Below, piece after piece: positions 32,210 to 41,935 of a stretch of 64,000 bases of DNA. Below the pieces are notes generated by a model. The model saw only the letters and a list, made by a program, of their open reading frames with translations. It ran no database searches and was not told the origin of the DNA. Origin of the DNA: an uncultured Chloroflexia bacterium (lineage in GTDB: Bacteria; Chloroflexota; Anaerolineae; JAAYZQ01); assembly GCA_963700285.1 (NCBI GenBank), contig CAVOXA010000015.1, positions 64,001 through 128,000 of the forward strand, written 5' to 3'. A program made the position numbers and the translations under genes. Every line of letters starts with the position of its first letter. Position 1 is the stretch's first letter.

Positions 32210-33895
32210 TCAATCCAGTGGCTCGACCTTCACATCATCGAAATTGACGACCGCATACACGGGCTCGCTTCCGTAGGCGTACAGCCCAATGGTACCCGTT
32301 CGAAAGACCGAGCCCACGGTATCTGTAAAGTCGATGGCCAACTCGCCGTCAACATAGCCTTTGATATTATTGCCCCTGACCTCCACAGTGAGCTCGGCCC
32401 ATGTCCCTTTTTCCACATTGGCGGTTTCCAAGTGAAACTCCTCGAGCAAAAAGGGATTCTGATAGTGGTACCAATAGTAGTCGTGGATTTCATCCCCATG
32501 CTCTTCCACCGTACGCAACTGCCAGAGCCTGGCCGTATCTCGCTCATCGTCACGAACCTTGACGGTGAAATAGTATCCGGTCAGCCACTGTCCATCCTGC
32601 TCGGAATCCCGGTACGTCCCTCGGAGCCAGATGCCGGCCTGCCGGCCACCAAGCATATTAAACCATACCGAGTAGCGGTAGTCGGTCCATTCCTCCGAGC
32701 CCTCGCCCAGGTACATGCTCAGGGCGTCGTGAGCGAACCACTTTTCCAAGTCTGCCCTCATCGCGTTGAGGGTGTAAGCGTCGCTCCCATGGCGGCCGGC
32801 TCCCCGGTCCCAAAACCACATGTCCTCGTTCGCTCGCTTTGCGTTCGTGTACGCCGTCCACTCGCCAATGCCATCTTCAAAGCCATCCTCGAAGGCGCTG
32901 GGCTGTTTGACCTGGACCGTGGCCTCGGCAGGCTTTTCCGGCGGGAATCCAACCAAGGTTGTGGCTGTCACGCTGTTGGTAAAAGCCCCACCGTCGGCGC
33001 CAGCCTTTGCCTTGTAGATCAGTTTCACCTCAGCCTTGGGCGCTACGTCCCTGTCTGCGTTCCAGACGATAGTGCCGGTGGTCCCAGCCGGTGCCGTCAT
33101 GATGTCGCTGCCGGTAACCATGGAATCAAAGGTGAAACCCTCCGGCAGCGCGTCCGAGATTCTGTCCAACTTGCCGGGTAGATCGCCTTCATTGCGCAGC
33201 AGAACTGTATAGGTAACCATCTCGTCTACGTTCAATTGCGTGGGTGAGGCGCTCTTGGCAATGGAGAAATTTGCGTAACTAAAGCTCCGGCGTATCATCG
33301 GCAGAAAAAAATAGCGCTTGTCCACCTGCACGGTGGCTGAAGCCGGGCCTACAGTTTGGCCATCTACGACCGCTATCACCGTATTGGCAGCGTTTGGCGC
33401 ACTGCCACCCGCATTCACCCTGTAGATCAGCGTCAGGCTGTCCTTGGCCGGCACCTCAAAGGGTCCATCCCAGACGATGTTACCGGTAGTTCCAGTCGGA
33501 GCCTGCTGAATGTCGCTGCCGTCATCAATGGCAACGAACGAGAAGCCAGCGGGCAGCGTATCCTGTATCTCCTCCAGCATGCCATCATCCCGGCCCTTGT
33601 TTGCAAACGTCACAGTGTAAACCACAGAGTCGCCCGCTGAGATCCGTGCTGGTTGGACATCCTTGTCTACCTCAATGTCAGTTGCAGCAGCCGCCACATC
33701 GACCGAATTCAGGCCGCTAGCAACGCTATCATACTCCGGTCCCTGTCCAGCAGCGCCTTGGGCAACACCCCCACCCGTCGCCACAGTTAGCACCAACATC
33801 ATGATGGAGATCGCCAATCCTCTTCGCTTGAACGCTTTCAACAAAATCCTCCCCAGACCTATATTTGCCTCCACAGAGTAGAACGCACTATCCAC
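32210..33895 (-). CDS. Secreted protein with two DUF11-type repeats and a C-terminal concanavalin/DUF1080-like domain
   Basis: Signal-like N-terminus; VDK..GDSVVYTVTFAN..DTLPAGFSF twice; GTIGL..FDDVKV. Confidence 0.7.
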   Translation of the reverse strand: MDSAFYSVEANIGLGRILLKAFKRRGLAISIMMLVLTVATGGGVAQGAAGQGPEYDSVASGLNSVDVAAAATDIEVDKDVQPARISAGDSVVYTVTFANKGRDDGMLEEIQDTLPAGFSFVAIDDGSDIQQAPTGTTGNIVWDGPFEVPAKDSLTLIYRVNAGGSAPNAANTVIAVVDGQTVGPASATVQVDKRYFFLPMIRRSFSYANFSIAKSASPTQLNVDEMVTYTVLLRNEGDLPGKLDRISDALPEGFTFDSMVTGSDIMTAPAGTTGTIVWNADRDVAPKAEVKLIYKAKAGADGGAFTNSVTATTLVGFPPEKPAEATVQVKQPSAFEDGFEDGIGEWTAYTNAKRANEDMWFWDRGAGRHGSDAYTLNAMRADLEKWFAHDALSMYLGEGSEEWTDYRYSVWFNMLGGRQAGIWLRGTYRDSEQDGQWLTGYYFTVKVRDDERDTARLWQLRTVEEHGDEIHDYYWYHYQNPFLLEEFHLETANVEKGTWAELTVEVRGNNIKGYVDGELAIDFTDTVGSVFRTGTIGLYAYGSEPVYAVVNFDDVKVEPLD

Positions 33896-33914
33896 AATCT
33901 CCTGTAACGCCAGA

Positions 33915-34745
33915 CTACTGGCTGCTGGACGTTACCTGGGTGACTGTAATATTGTCGTAAACCGCCCTCGACCTGTAGGCCGACAAGCCAACAGTACCTT
34001 GCATATACATTGCCTGTGGGTCGGTCCAGTTGAGCACCAACCTATAAGCACTTGCCGGCTCGTCTCGTTCCTTGAGCCAGGCCTGGATATTGGCCCCCTG
34101 TACTCTCACCCTAAGGGAGTACCACCCCGTCCCAATACCAGGTGCGTATGTGACCGCTCGAACCAACTGTGCATTGTCGAGATTTGTAGCACCCGGATTG
34201 AGACGCCACAGGTTTATCTCATTAGTTCTGCGCTTGAGGTGTACATAGTAGCCACCGACGCGACCAGTTTCCTCGTAACTGCCGCGAAGCCATAGGCCAT
34301 TCAGTCCCCCCTTCTTACTTCCGGCTTGTGCTGACTTGACAATGGCCACGACCTCGTAGTCAGCCCATAGCTCAGATCCTGGACCCAGGTACATGGACAG
34401 TCCCCACCAATCATCGGCGTCCGTTTCTTCACTATCGTAATTGTACCAATAGATTCCCAAACCTTCATCCTGCCTCCAGTCTTCGCCATGATACGGGTAG
34501 ACCGTCCAATGGGGGGACATGTTCGAACCAAAGCCATCGGCGAACGGTAAGGTTGTGGCAGGCTTCATGCTTGCCACAAGAGGAAGGAAGGCGGTCTCGC
34601 CCTTATCCAAGGCGTGCAAGGGCTGGCCATCGCCTTGTGCAGCGCCAATGACCACAGAGAACCCGAGCGTAATGAACACAGACAACGTCACCAACCACAC
34701 TTTTACAGCCTGTTTGCCAAATCCCATTGCATCCTCCATACCCAT
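33915..34745 (-). CDS. Secreted concanavalin/DUF1080-like domain protein
   Basis: Signal peptide; WADYEV, GLWLRGSY, WYSLRVRVQG, GTVGL..YDNITV; paralogous to the C-terminal domain of the downstream gene. Confidence 0.7.
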   Translation of the reverse strand: MGMEDAMGFGKQAVKVWLVTLSVFITLGFSVVIGAAQGDGQPLHALDKGETAFLPLVASMKPATTLPFADGFGSNMSPHWTVYPYHGEDWRQDEGLGIYWYNYDSEETDADDWWGLSMYLGPGSELWADYEVVAIVKSAQAGSKKGGLNGLWLRGSYEETGRVGGYYVHLKRRTNEINLWRLNPGATNLDNAQLVRAVTYAPGIGTGWYSLRVRVQGANIQAWLKERDEPASAYRLVLNWTDPQAMYMQGTVGLSAYRSRAVYDNITVTQVTSSSQ

Positions 34746-34990
34746 TCTAACAGATTCTCCTGCACATCCCCACTTCCTGCTAGCATCTCGACCCGTTTGA
34801 GCACGACAGATCCGGCAATGCTGCGCAATTCAGGGCGTCACAGACCAATTTCAGCACGCGCCGCACTTTATCCCAGGAAAAGATGAGGCCAAGAGCGCTA
34901 GGAGAGGAAATTGCCACCTACTCGAAGATGCCGGACAAGTGCTAGCGGTAACAAGCGCTGCAACTCGCTGTCTGATCTGAAACGCGGGAA

Positions 34991-35019
34991 ATTATACCAT
35001 ACAAGAAAGTGGTGGTCAA
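34991..35019 (-). promoter_or_regulatory. Sigma70 promoter upstream of the surface-protein/glycosylation cluster
   Basis: Minus strand TTGACC-17-TATAAT with extended TG. Confidence 0.65.
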
Positions 35020-35100
35020 TGTTCTCCTTCAGCATCACTTTGCCGTGGCCCTGTCCAAGCACATCCCAAGAGCAAAGCACACTGCTAGGAAGGGACATGG

Positions 35101-35409
35101 CTATGATAGTGCTTGCCGGATCATCTCCTCCGAGGGTAAGGGCGAAAAGCGGCCATCCTCCAGGCGATAGATGCGGCAGGTAAGGGCTGTGCCCATTTGT
35201 TCCGCACCAGACGGGTCCACGTCGTCACCACCGATGCGAATAGTGGGCGACCCAGGAAAGCTCAGGACTTTGGCATCCTCATTGGTTAGCACTTCGATCA
35301 GCTCGATGGGCGACTGGACTCCCATCTCCGCCATCACCTTTCGCAGGCGTTCCAATGCCTCAGGATGCGAAGGGCAGTCCTGCCAAAAAAGAAACTCTAT
35401 GAGAGGCAT
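35101..35409 (-). CDS. Small thioredoxin-fold protein (DUF2703-like)
   Basis: DCPSH, FPGSPTIRIGG.DV, CRIY. Confidence 0.75.
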   Translation of the reverse strand: MPLIEFLFWQDCPSHPEALERLRKVMAEMGVQSPIELIEVLTNEDAKVLSFPGSPTIRIGGDDVDPSGAEQMGTALTCRIYRLEDGRFSPLPSEEMIRQALS

Positions 35410-35637
35410 GTATATGCCCCTACTACACTTGAACTCTCTGGCATAAGATTCATAGAGATAAATCCTCCCATAAGTTCAAAGATCTGTTGGCCTGGACGAC
35501 ATGGAGAGAGCCTTTTTTGGTGACTTGGCCCATGCTTCAGTTGTCAGTATAGCACAAAGCCGCCTTTCCCTCAACCTATAATAGCTATCAGACCTGAGGC
35601 GCGCGCGTGGGTTTCCGGGTGCAATCTGAGAACGAAC

Positions 35638-35666
35638 TTGACATTTGGATGTAGTCCAGGTATAGT
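35638..35666 (+). promoter_or_regulatory. Sigma70 promoter of rodZ
   Basis: TTGACA-17-TATAGT. Confidence 0.65.
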
Positions 35667-35673
35667 TGAGAGC

Positions 35674-36756
35674 GTGACTGAGGACAATGTGCGCCCCCTG
35701 GGCGAATGGCTGCGGGATCGCAGAGAGGAACTAGACATCAGCCTGGAGCAGGCTGATGCGGAAACGCGTATCCGCGCCCGGTATCTGGAGGCCCTGGAAG
35801 CCGAGGACCTGGAGGCGCTGCCGAACAAGGTAGTCGCGCGCGGGTTTTTACGCAACTATGCCATCTACCTCGAACTGGATCCCCAGCAAGCGCTTGACCG
35901 CTACGCGACAGTCGCCGGACCCTCCGAGACTGAATCACTGGCCGTCTCCGAGTCATCTCCGTTCGACTCTGAGACATTCCAGCCCGTCCCTCTCCACGAG
36001 ATGCCCGGCCAAGGCTCAAGATGGTGGCTGCCTGTCGGTCTGCTGGTGATCTTGGTCGTAGTCCTTGCCCTGCTGGTCTGGCAGGGATATCCCTACATCA
36101 GCGACTGGCTACCCAGCATACAAGTCAACGAGGTGCCTCCTCCCACCGAGCGCGTGGTAAATGCGGTTCTGCCAAGCGTGACCCATACATCCACGGCGAC
36201 GATTGCCATGGCAACGGCTGCAACGACAGTCGTAGCAACCGCACCGGGGGCCACAACGCCCGAGCAGTCGACGCCCACCCAAGAACTGACTCCGGCGCCA
36301 ACCTTGACGCTCACGCCGACGCCACCACCGTCGCCTTCACCCACGCCCACCGACCCAGTCTACACTGGCGTTTTTCTTGAACTGCTCTTTAATGACATTT
36401 CTTGGATCCAGATCACTGTGGATGAGATACGCCAGTTCCAGGGCGAACTCGAAGCCGGCACATACCGATCATGGTATGGAGAAGAACGCATCGAGTTGCG
36501 CGTTGGTAACGCGGGGGTGGTCGATGTCACGGTGAATGGTCAAAAGATGGGTCCTCTGGGAGAACCTGGTGATGTCGTCGACCGTATCTTTGAGGTGGTG
36601 GATGATCAGGTGATCGAGGCTACCCCTACTCGCGCACCAACGCTGGCAGCCCCTGAGCTTGCCGCCACGGCCGCGGCTCCCGGCCCGGCGCCGACGGAAC
36701 CTCCCATCGTGACCATCGCGCCCACGGCAACAATTACAGCCACCGCTCGTCCCTAG
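35674..36756 (+). CDS. rodZ: RodZ-like HTH / TM / DUF4115 protein
   Basis: LGEWLRDRRE..TRIRARYLEALE..RGFLRNYA; TM helix; Thr/Pro linker; GNAGVVDVTVNG. Confidence 0.85.
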   Translation: MTEDNVRPLGEWLRDRREELDISLEQADAETRIRARYLEALEAEDLEALPNKVVARGFLRNYAIYLELDPQQALDRYATVAGPSETESLAVSESSPFDSETFQPVPLHEMPGQGSRWWLPVGLLVILVVVLALLVWQGYPYISDWLPSIQVNEVPPPTERVVNAVLPSVTHTSTATIAMATAATTVVATAPGATTPEQSTPTQELTPAPTLTLTPTPPPSPSPTPTDPVYTGVFLELLFNDISWIQITVDEIRQFQGELEAGTYRSWYGEERIELRVGNAGVVDVTVNGQKMGPLGEPGDVVDRIFEVVDDQVIEATPTRAPTLAAPELAATAAAPGPAPTEPPIVTIAPTATITATARP

Positions 36757-36803
36757 ACCTCAAGGGGCTTGGTGGTTGACTCTGACCTACGGAGGCTCCT
36801 CAC

Positions 36804-37556
36804 ATGGCCAGCAAGCAACAGCCTATCGTCGGCATAACCTGCGATGGGATTCAACCGACACATAGCCACCATCCCCCCCGTGTGGGACAGAACCAAACCT
36901 ACGTCAATGCCCTGATCAGGGCTGGCGCGGCCCCTATGTTACTGCCTAACGTGGTAGACAAAGAGCTACTACGAGTTCTCTACGAGAGCCTGGATGGCCT
37001 GTTATTGTCAGGAGGAGGAGACATCGATCCCGCCCGCTACGACGAATCCATCCATGAGAAGTGTGGCCGCATCGATGCCGAGCGCGACGAAGCGGAACTG
37101 ACGCTGGCACGGTGGGCCATCGAGGATGGTAAGCCACTGCTGGCCATCTGCCGGGGCATCCAGATCATGAATGTTGCTTTGGGCGGCAGCCTCTACCAGG
37201 ATATCCACGCCCAGGTGCCGGACTCTTTGGAGCACACTTGGTACCCTGAACATCCGCGTCAGCATCGATCTCACACGGTCGCAGTTTCCTCAGGAACACG
37301 TCTGGCCCAGATACTTGGGGAGGCATCTGTACCAGTCAATAGCCTGCATCACCAGGCTCTCAAGGATCTGGCCCCTCTGCTGACTGTTTCGGCTCGCGCC
37401 TCAGACCAGGTAGTGGAAGCAGTCGAACTAGGCAACCTTTCTCATGACGGCTATCCTTTTGCCCTGGGCGTCCAGTGGCACCCGGAGGAGCTGGCTCCCG
37501 ATGACCTGCGGCAGCAAGGGCTCTTTGACTCCTTGGTCGAGTCGTGCAAGCACTGA
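36804..37556 (+). CDS. Gamma-glutamyl-GABA hydrolase family (peptidase C26, PuuD-like)
   Basis: LSGGGDIDP, AICRGIQ, VNSLHHQA, GVQWHPE. Confidence 0.9.
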   Translation: MASKQQPIVGITCDGIQPTHSHHPPRVGQNQTYVNALIRAGAAPMLLPNVVDKELLRVLYESLDGLLLSGGGDIDPARYDESIHEKCGRIDAERDEAELTLARWAIEDGKPLLAICRGIQIMNVALGGSLYQDIHAQVPDSLEHTWYPEHPRQHRSHTVAVSSGTRLAQILGEASVPVNSLHHQALKDLAPLLTVSARASDQVVEAVELGNLSHDGYPFALGVQWHPEELAPDDLRQQGLFDSLVESCKH

Positions 37557-37867
37557 TCGACACCATCCTCCGGGTTCTATGTCCACGTCAAAAACCGAGG
37601 ACAACGTTTCGCGCATCACACATGGGCCATACTATTTCCAGCTCGGGTGATCACCACCCCGTGCGTAGCCCTGTAGGCTGGCTTGTGGGTAGGGCTCGAT
37701 AGTGCGCATCCTTTCCGCCTGTTCTGCGATATATTGGTGAATGGTCCATGCTCAGCAGCATGGGCCGACCCAATACCTCCTGGCAGTCTGCCAGGCCAGC
37801 CCGCCGTAATTGGGAAACCAAGAATCTGACCTCATGCGATTGGGGGCAACATGGAGAGCAGCAGCCT

Positions 37868-40800
37868 ATGAACCCACCAGACCGGATTCAGGAGCGCATT
37901 GCTGAGCTTGAGGCCGTCAACATGCAGCTTCAAAAGGAAAACGCCCGATACGCGCAGGTGGAGGCCAAGGTTCAGCGCCGGTTGCAGGAAGCAACGCTCA
38001 TCAACCAGATCTCAACCCATATCGCCCTAGCTGAGGATATGGTCGCGGCTCTGCAAAGCGTGTGTACGGAGATGGCGCGCTTTCTGGGGGTTCCCCAGGC
38101 AGGGTTTGCCCTGCTCAGCCCAGATGGCTCGACGGCCAAGGTAGTCGCAGATTTTCATCCCTCCGGCAGCCCGAGCGCAATGGGAGCAGAGATTCCAGTG
38201 GCGGGCAACCCATCCATGGCCTATGTGCTGGACCACAAAGCCCCGGTCACGGCCAGCGATGCCCAAGCAGACCTCAGACTGGCGCCAGTACATGAGATCA
38301 TGCGTCGGCGCAAGGTCGCGTCGATCCTCATCGTTCCGATTATTGCAGACCGTGATGTCATTGGTACGCTTGGCTTCGACAGCTTCGAAAGACGGGTATT
38401 CAGCCAATCGGATATTGAGCTTGTCCAGCATGTTGCCAATCAGGTCAGTCAGGTACTTCTCCGCAAGCGGGCTGAGGAGGCGCTACAGGCCAGCGAGGAA
38501 GCTGCCAAAGCGCTCCTGAATGCGACCACCGACGTGCTCATGCTGACAGACCTGGACGGTATCATCCTTGAAGCCAATGAGACAGCCGCTCGCAGGTTTG
38601 ACCTGAGCCTGGATGAGTTTGTGGGGTCCTGCATCTGGGATCTGATGCCGCCAGATATCGCCATGCAGAGAATTGCACACGCGAACAAGATCCTTCAGTC
38701 GGGGAAGCTGGTTCGCTTTGAGGATGCGCGATCTGGTCTATGGTTTGACAATGTTGTTCACCCTGTGGTCGATGCCCAAGGTACCATCACCCGGTTTGCG
38801 GTTTTTGCCCGCGACATGACCGAACGCAAACTGATGGAGGAAGCGCTCAGAAATTCGGAGGGCAGACTGAGTAGCCTGCTCTCCACCATGGTAGACTTTG
38901 TTTTTGCGCTGGACAAGGAAGGCATCTTTACTTTCTACCACGCTCCCCGTACAGACGATCTATATCTTCCACCGCACGAGTTCTTGGGCAAGTCTTTCAC
39001 AGAGGTGCTTCCCCCTCACATGCACGAGTCGCTCGTGGAGGCGCGAAGCAAGAACCGAAGCGGTCAAGTGGCCGAGTACGAGTACCAGATCGAGTTGGGC
39101 AGCGGGCTCAGATGGTTCTCGGCAAAACTGTCCCCGGTATTGGTGGATGGTGAGTACCATGGCTCCGTTGCCGTGGCCAGAGAGATCACCGAGCACAAAA
39201 AGATGGAGGAATTGCTGCGCCACTCTTTGGAAGAGACGGCTCGCGGTCAGCAGATGTTGCTCGCGCTGAGCAATGCGGCCCAGGACGTACAACGCGCCAG
39301 GACGCCCGACGAGATCTATCGCGCCATCGGAGAGGGAATCGTCAGTCTTGGCTACGATGTTGCAGTCTTTACCTTCACCTCCGACCGGACGTACCTGATC
39401 CCTGTTCACATGACCTATGATCCAGGCGCCCTCCAAGCGGCTGCAGAGATCACGGGCTTTATGCCCCAAGAGCACCAATTGCCGGTGGTACCTGGGGGGC
39501 TTGTCGAGCAAGTGATTGCGGCAAAAAAGGCAGTTTTTAGTCCAGAGCCCGACCGGTACATTTCTCAGGTACTGGCAGCTTCGGTGGATCCGTCCCTCAA
39601 AAAGTTGACATCTTCCATGGGAGTCGAGCGGGTCATCCATGCCCCACTGGTGATCGGTGATGAGATCCACGGTCTGCTTGTCGTCACGGGTCCTGATCTG
39701 AGGGAGGCAGACACACAGGCCGTGAACGTATTTGCCGGCCAGGCAGCCATCGCCCTGGTGAATGCGCAGCAGTTCCAAGAGACCCGGAGCTGGACGGCTG
39801 AATTGGAGCGACGTGTCGCCGAGCGAACCGGAGAACTCGGAGCTGCCAATATGGAGCTTGAAACCGCACTGGCTGAGCGCAAACAGGTGGAGGAAGCAGT
39901 ACTTCGCTCCAGAGCGGAAGCGCTTCGAAGTCACCGGTTACTATTGGCCCTTAGCCAGGCCGCCGAGCGGGTGCAGCGCGCCCGCACACCCGAGGAGGTG
40001 TACCAGACAGTTGGCGACGAGGTAGCCAGGTTGGGATACCGGGTCATCTTTTTGGCATTGACTGACGACCAGACTCATCTGTTCCTATCCTATCTGACCA
40101 TCCAATTGCCAACCCTTGAGGAAGCCGAAGGATTGTCTGCCAGCCTGCCGGCGCAAGGTCTCCAGATCCCGTTCTCGCAGGATGATCCCTTCCAGAAGAT
40201 CATCACCAAGAATGAGAGCGTCTATTTTGAACGAACCGCTGAACGCCTCACCAGGGATTTTCCCAAGCTGCCGCGCAGGTCGCTGGACCAAATGGTGGCT
40301 GTTTTGGGTACCGATAGGTCCATCTTTGCTCCGCTGAGCATAGATGGCAAACCGCACGGTCTGCTGGCCGTCACCGGCCCAGATCTGACGGAGGTAGACC
40401 TGCCCACCATCACCCTCTTTGCCAACCGGGCAGCCATCGCTATCGAGAATGCCCGGTTGGTGGGGCAACTGACCACCGGCCGCCAGCAGCTGCAGCAACT
40501 CGCTCGCCAGGTAGTTTCCGCTCAGGAGGATGAGCGTCAGAGGCTGTCTCGCGCACTCCACGACGAGGCAGGTCAAGCGCTGACTGCTCTCAAAATCAGC
40601 CTCAACTTGATCGGAGAAGACTTGCCCGACAATGATGCTACGCTTCACCGACGGATCAAAGACGCCATAGCCGTGACCGATACCACCATGGAACGGATCC
40701 GGATGCTGGCTCAAGGCCTGCGCCCTCCAGCTCTTGACGCCGTGGGTTTGAACCATACCCTGGAAAGCCTGTGCCAAGATTTTGGCGAACGCATACAGCT

Positions 40801-41185
40801 TCCCATTTATTACCGCGGCATGGAATTGCCCTGGCCGTCCGGGTCGATAAATATCGTTCTATACCGGTTCGTTCAGGAAGCACTGACAAACGTAGCCAAA
40901 CATGCCAGAGCAGAACGGGTCTCAGTCGTATTGCATCACAATACCCAAACGATCTGGCTGTCAGTAGAGGATGATGGGCAAGGATTTGACCCTCGGTCCC
41001 AAGCAGCCCGCCCAGGCTGTTCGACGGGCATTGGCCTTTTGGGCATGCAGGAGCGGATCGAATCGTTGGGCGGTCGATTAGAAATCGAGTCCCAACCTGG
41101 CCAGGGCAGCCGTTTGGTCGCTCATGTTCCACTGCAGGAGGCAGAAATTGACACTGGAACCATGCATACGCCTAGTCCTCGCTGA
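37868..41185 (+). CDS. Soluble GAF-PAS-PAS-GAF-GAF sensor histidine kinase (HisKA_3)
   Basis: ERQRLSRALHDEAGQ, QEALTNVAKHA, DDGQGF, GIGLLGMQER. Confidence 0.9.
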   Translation: MNPPDRIQERIAELEAVNMQLQKENARYAQVEAKVQRRLQEATLINQISTHIALAEDMVAALQSVCTEMARFLGVPQAGFALLSPDGSTAKVVADFHPSGSPSAMGAEIPVAGNPSMAYVLDHKAPVTASDAQADLRLAPVHEIMRRRKVASILIVPIIADRDVIGTLGFDSFERRVFSQSDIELVQHVANQVSQVLLRKRAEEALQASEEAAKALLNATTDVLMLTDLDGIILEANETAARRFDLSLDEFVGSCIWDLMPPDIAMQRIAHANKILQSGKLVRFEDARSGLWFDNVVHPVVDAQGTITRFAVFARDMTERKLMEEALRNSEGRLSSLLSTMVDFVFALDKEGIFTFYHAPRTDDLYLPPHEFLGKSFTEVLPPHMHESLVEARSKNRSGQVAEYEYQIELGSGLRWFSAKLSPVLVDGEYHGSVAVAREITEHKKMEELLRHSLEETARGQQMLLALSNAAQDVQRARTPDEIYRAIGEGIVSLGYDVAVFTFTSDRTYLIPVHMTYDPGALQAAAEITGFMPQEHQLPVVPGGLVEQVIAAKKAVFSPEPDRYISQVLAASVDPSLKKLTSSMGVERVIHAPLVIGDEIHGLLVVTGPDLREADTQAVNVFAGQAAIALVNAQQFQETRSWTAELERRVAERTGELGAANMELETALAERKQVEEAVLRSRAEALRSHRLLLALSQAAERVQRARTPEEVYQTVGDEVARLGYRVIFLALTDDQTHLFLSYLTIQLPTLEEAEGLSASLPAQGLQIPFSQDDPFQKIITKNESVYFERTAERLTRDFPKLPRRSLDQMVAVLGTDRSIFAPLSIDGKPHGLLAVTGPDLTEVDLPTITLFANRAAIAIENARLVGQLTTGRQQLQQLARQVVSAQEDERQRLSRALHDEAGQALTALKISLNLIGEDLPDNDATLHRRIKDAIAVTDTTMERIRMLAQGLRPPALDAVGLNHTLESLCQDFGERIQLPIYYRGMELPWPSGSINIVLYRFVQEALTNVAKHARAERVSVVLHHNTQTIWLSVEDDGQGFDPRSQAARPGCSTGIGLLGMQERIESLGGRLEIESQPGQGSRLVAHVPLQEAEIDTGTMHTPSPR

Positions 41186-41816
41186 CGATCACCATCTGGT
41201 GCGTCAAGGCATCCGCGCACTGCTTGAAAAGTCGGAGGACATCCAGGTCGTCGGCGAAGCATCCAATGGTCGCGAAGCCGTCGAGTTGGTAGAGCAATTG
41301 ACCCCGGACGTTTTGGTCATGGACATAGCCATGCCTCGCCTGGACGGCATCCAGGCGATCGAGCAAGTTCTGGCCGCGAACGCGGATACCCAGATCGTCG
41401 TTCTATCGATGTACTCTGACAAGGCGCTGGTACGGCAGGCGCTGAAGAATGGTGCGAGCGGCTATTTGCTCAAGGCCTCAGTTGTAGAGGAACTCTTGCT
41501 GGCTGTGCGCGCGGCCAGCAAAGGAGAGATTTACCTGAGCCCGGCTGTTTCGCGTTCCATCCTGGCCGATTTGATCGCAGCTCCCACCAGCACCGGAGTA
41601 CCCGATCCTTTTGAGCAGTTGACGCCGCGGGAACGTGAGGTATTGCAGCTCATCGCCGAAGGTCATACAAACTCAGCGATTGCCCAGCAACTAAAAGTCA
41701 GCGCAAAAACGGTCGAGAAGCACCGGACAGGCCTGATGGCCAAGCTCAATGTGCACAACCTGTCCGAACTGATACGCGCTGCAATCAAGCAGAGGCTCGT
41801 ATTCTTTGACGAATGA
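41148..41816 (+). CDS. NarL/LuxR-family response regulator
   Basis: LADDHHLVRQG, MDIAMP, LTPREREVL; TTG start after AGGAGG. Confidence 0.9.
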   Translation: MTLEPCIRLVLADDHHLVRQGIRALLEKSEDIQVVGEASNGREAVELVEQLTPDVLVMDIAMPRLDGIQAIEQVLAANADTQIVVLSMYSDKALVRQALKNGASGYLLKASVVEELLLAVRAASKGEIYLSPAVSRSILADLIAAPTSTGVPDPFEQLTPREREVLQLIAEGHTNSAIAQQLKVSAKTVEKHRTGLMAKLNVHNLSELIRAAIKQRLVFFDE

Positions 41817-41935
41817 TCGGCCTGGGGCGCAAGGCTGCCGCGACTCTGCTCCTGGGCTATTTCTCGTTCAGCTTCTACGCACGCCAATGGTCTCTGGGGA
41901 GGGAACTTGGCTTGAATTGTAGAATAGATGGCGTT

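Noticed and set aside
34900-34985. c-di-GMP-I riboswitch suggested by GACAGCGAGTTGC on the minus strand
   Set aside because: The upstream GGCAAAC/GAAA/CGCAAA elements are missing and there is no room before the promoter.
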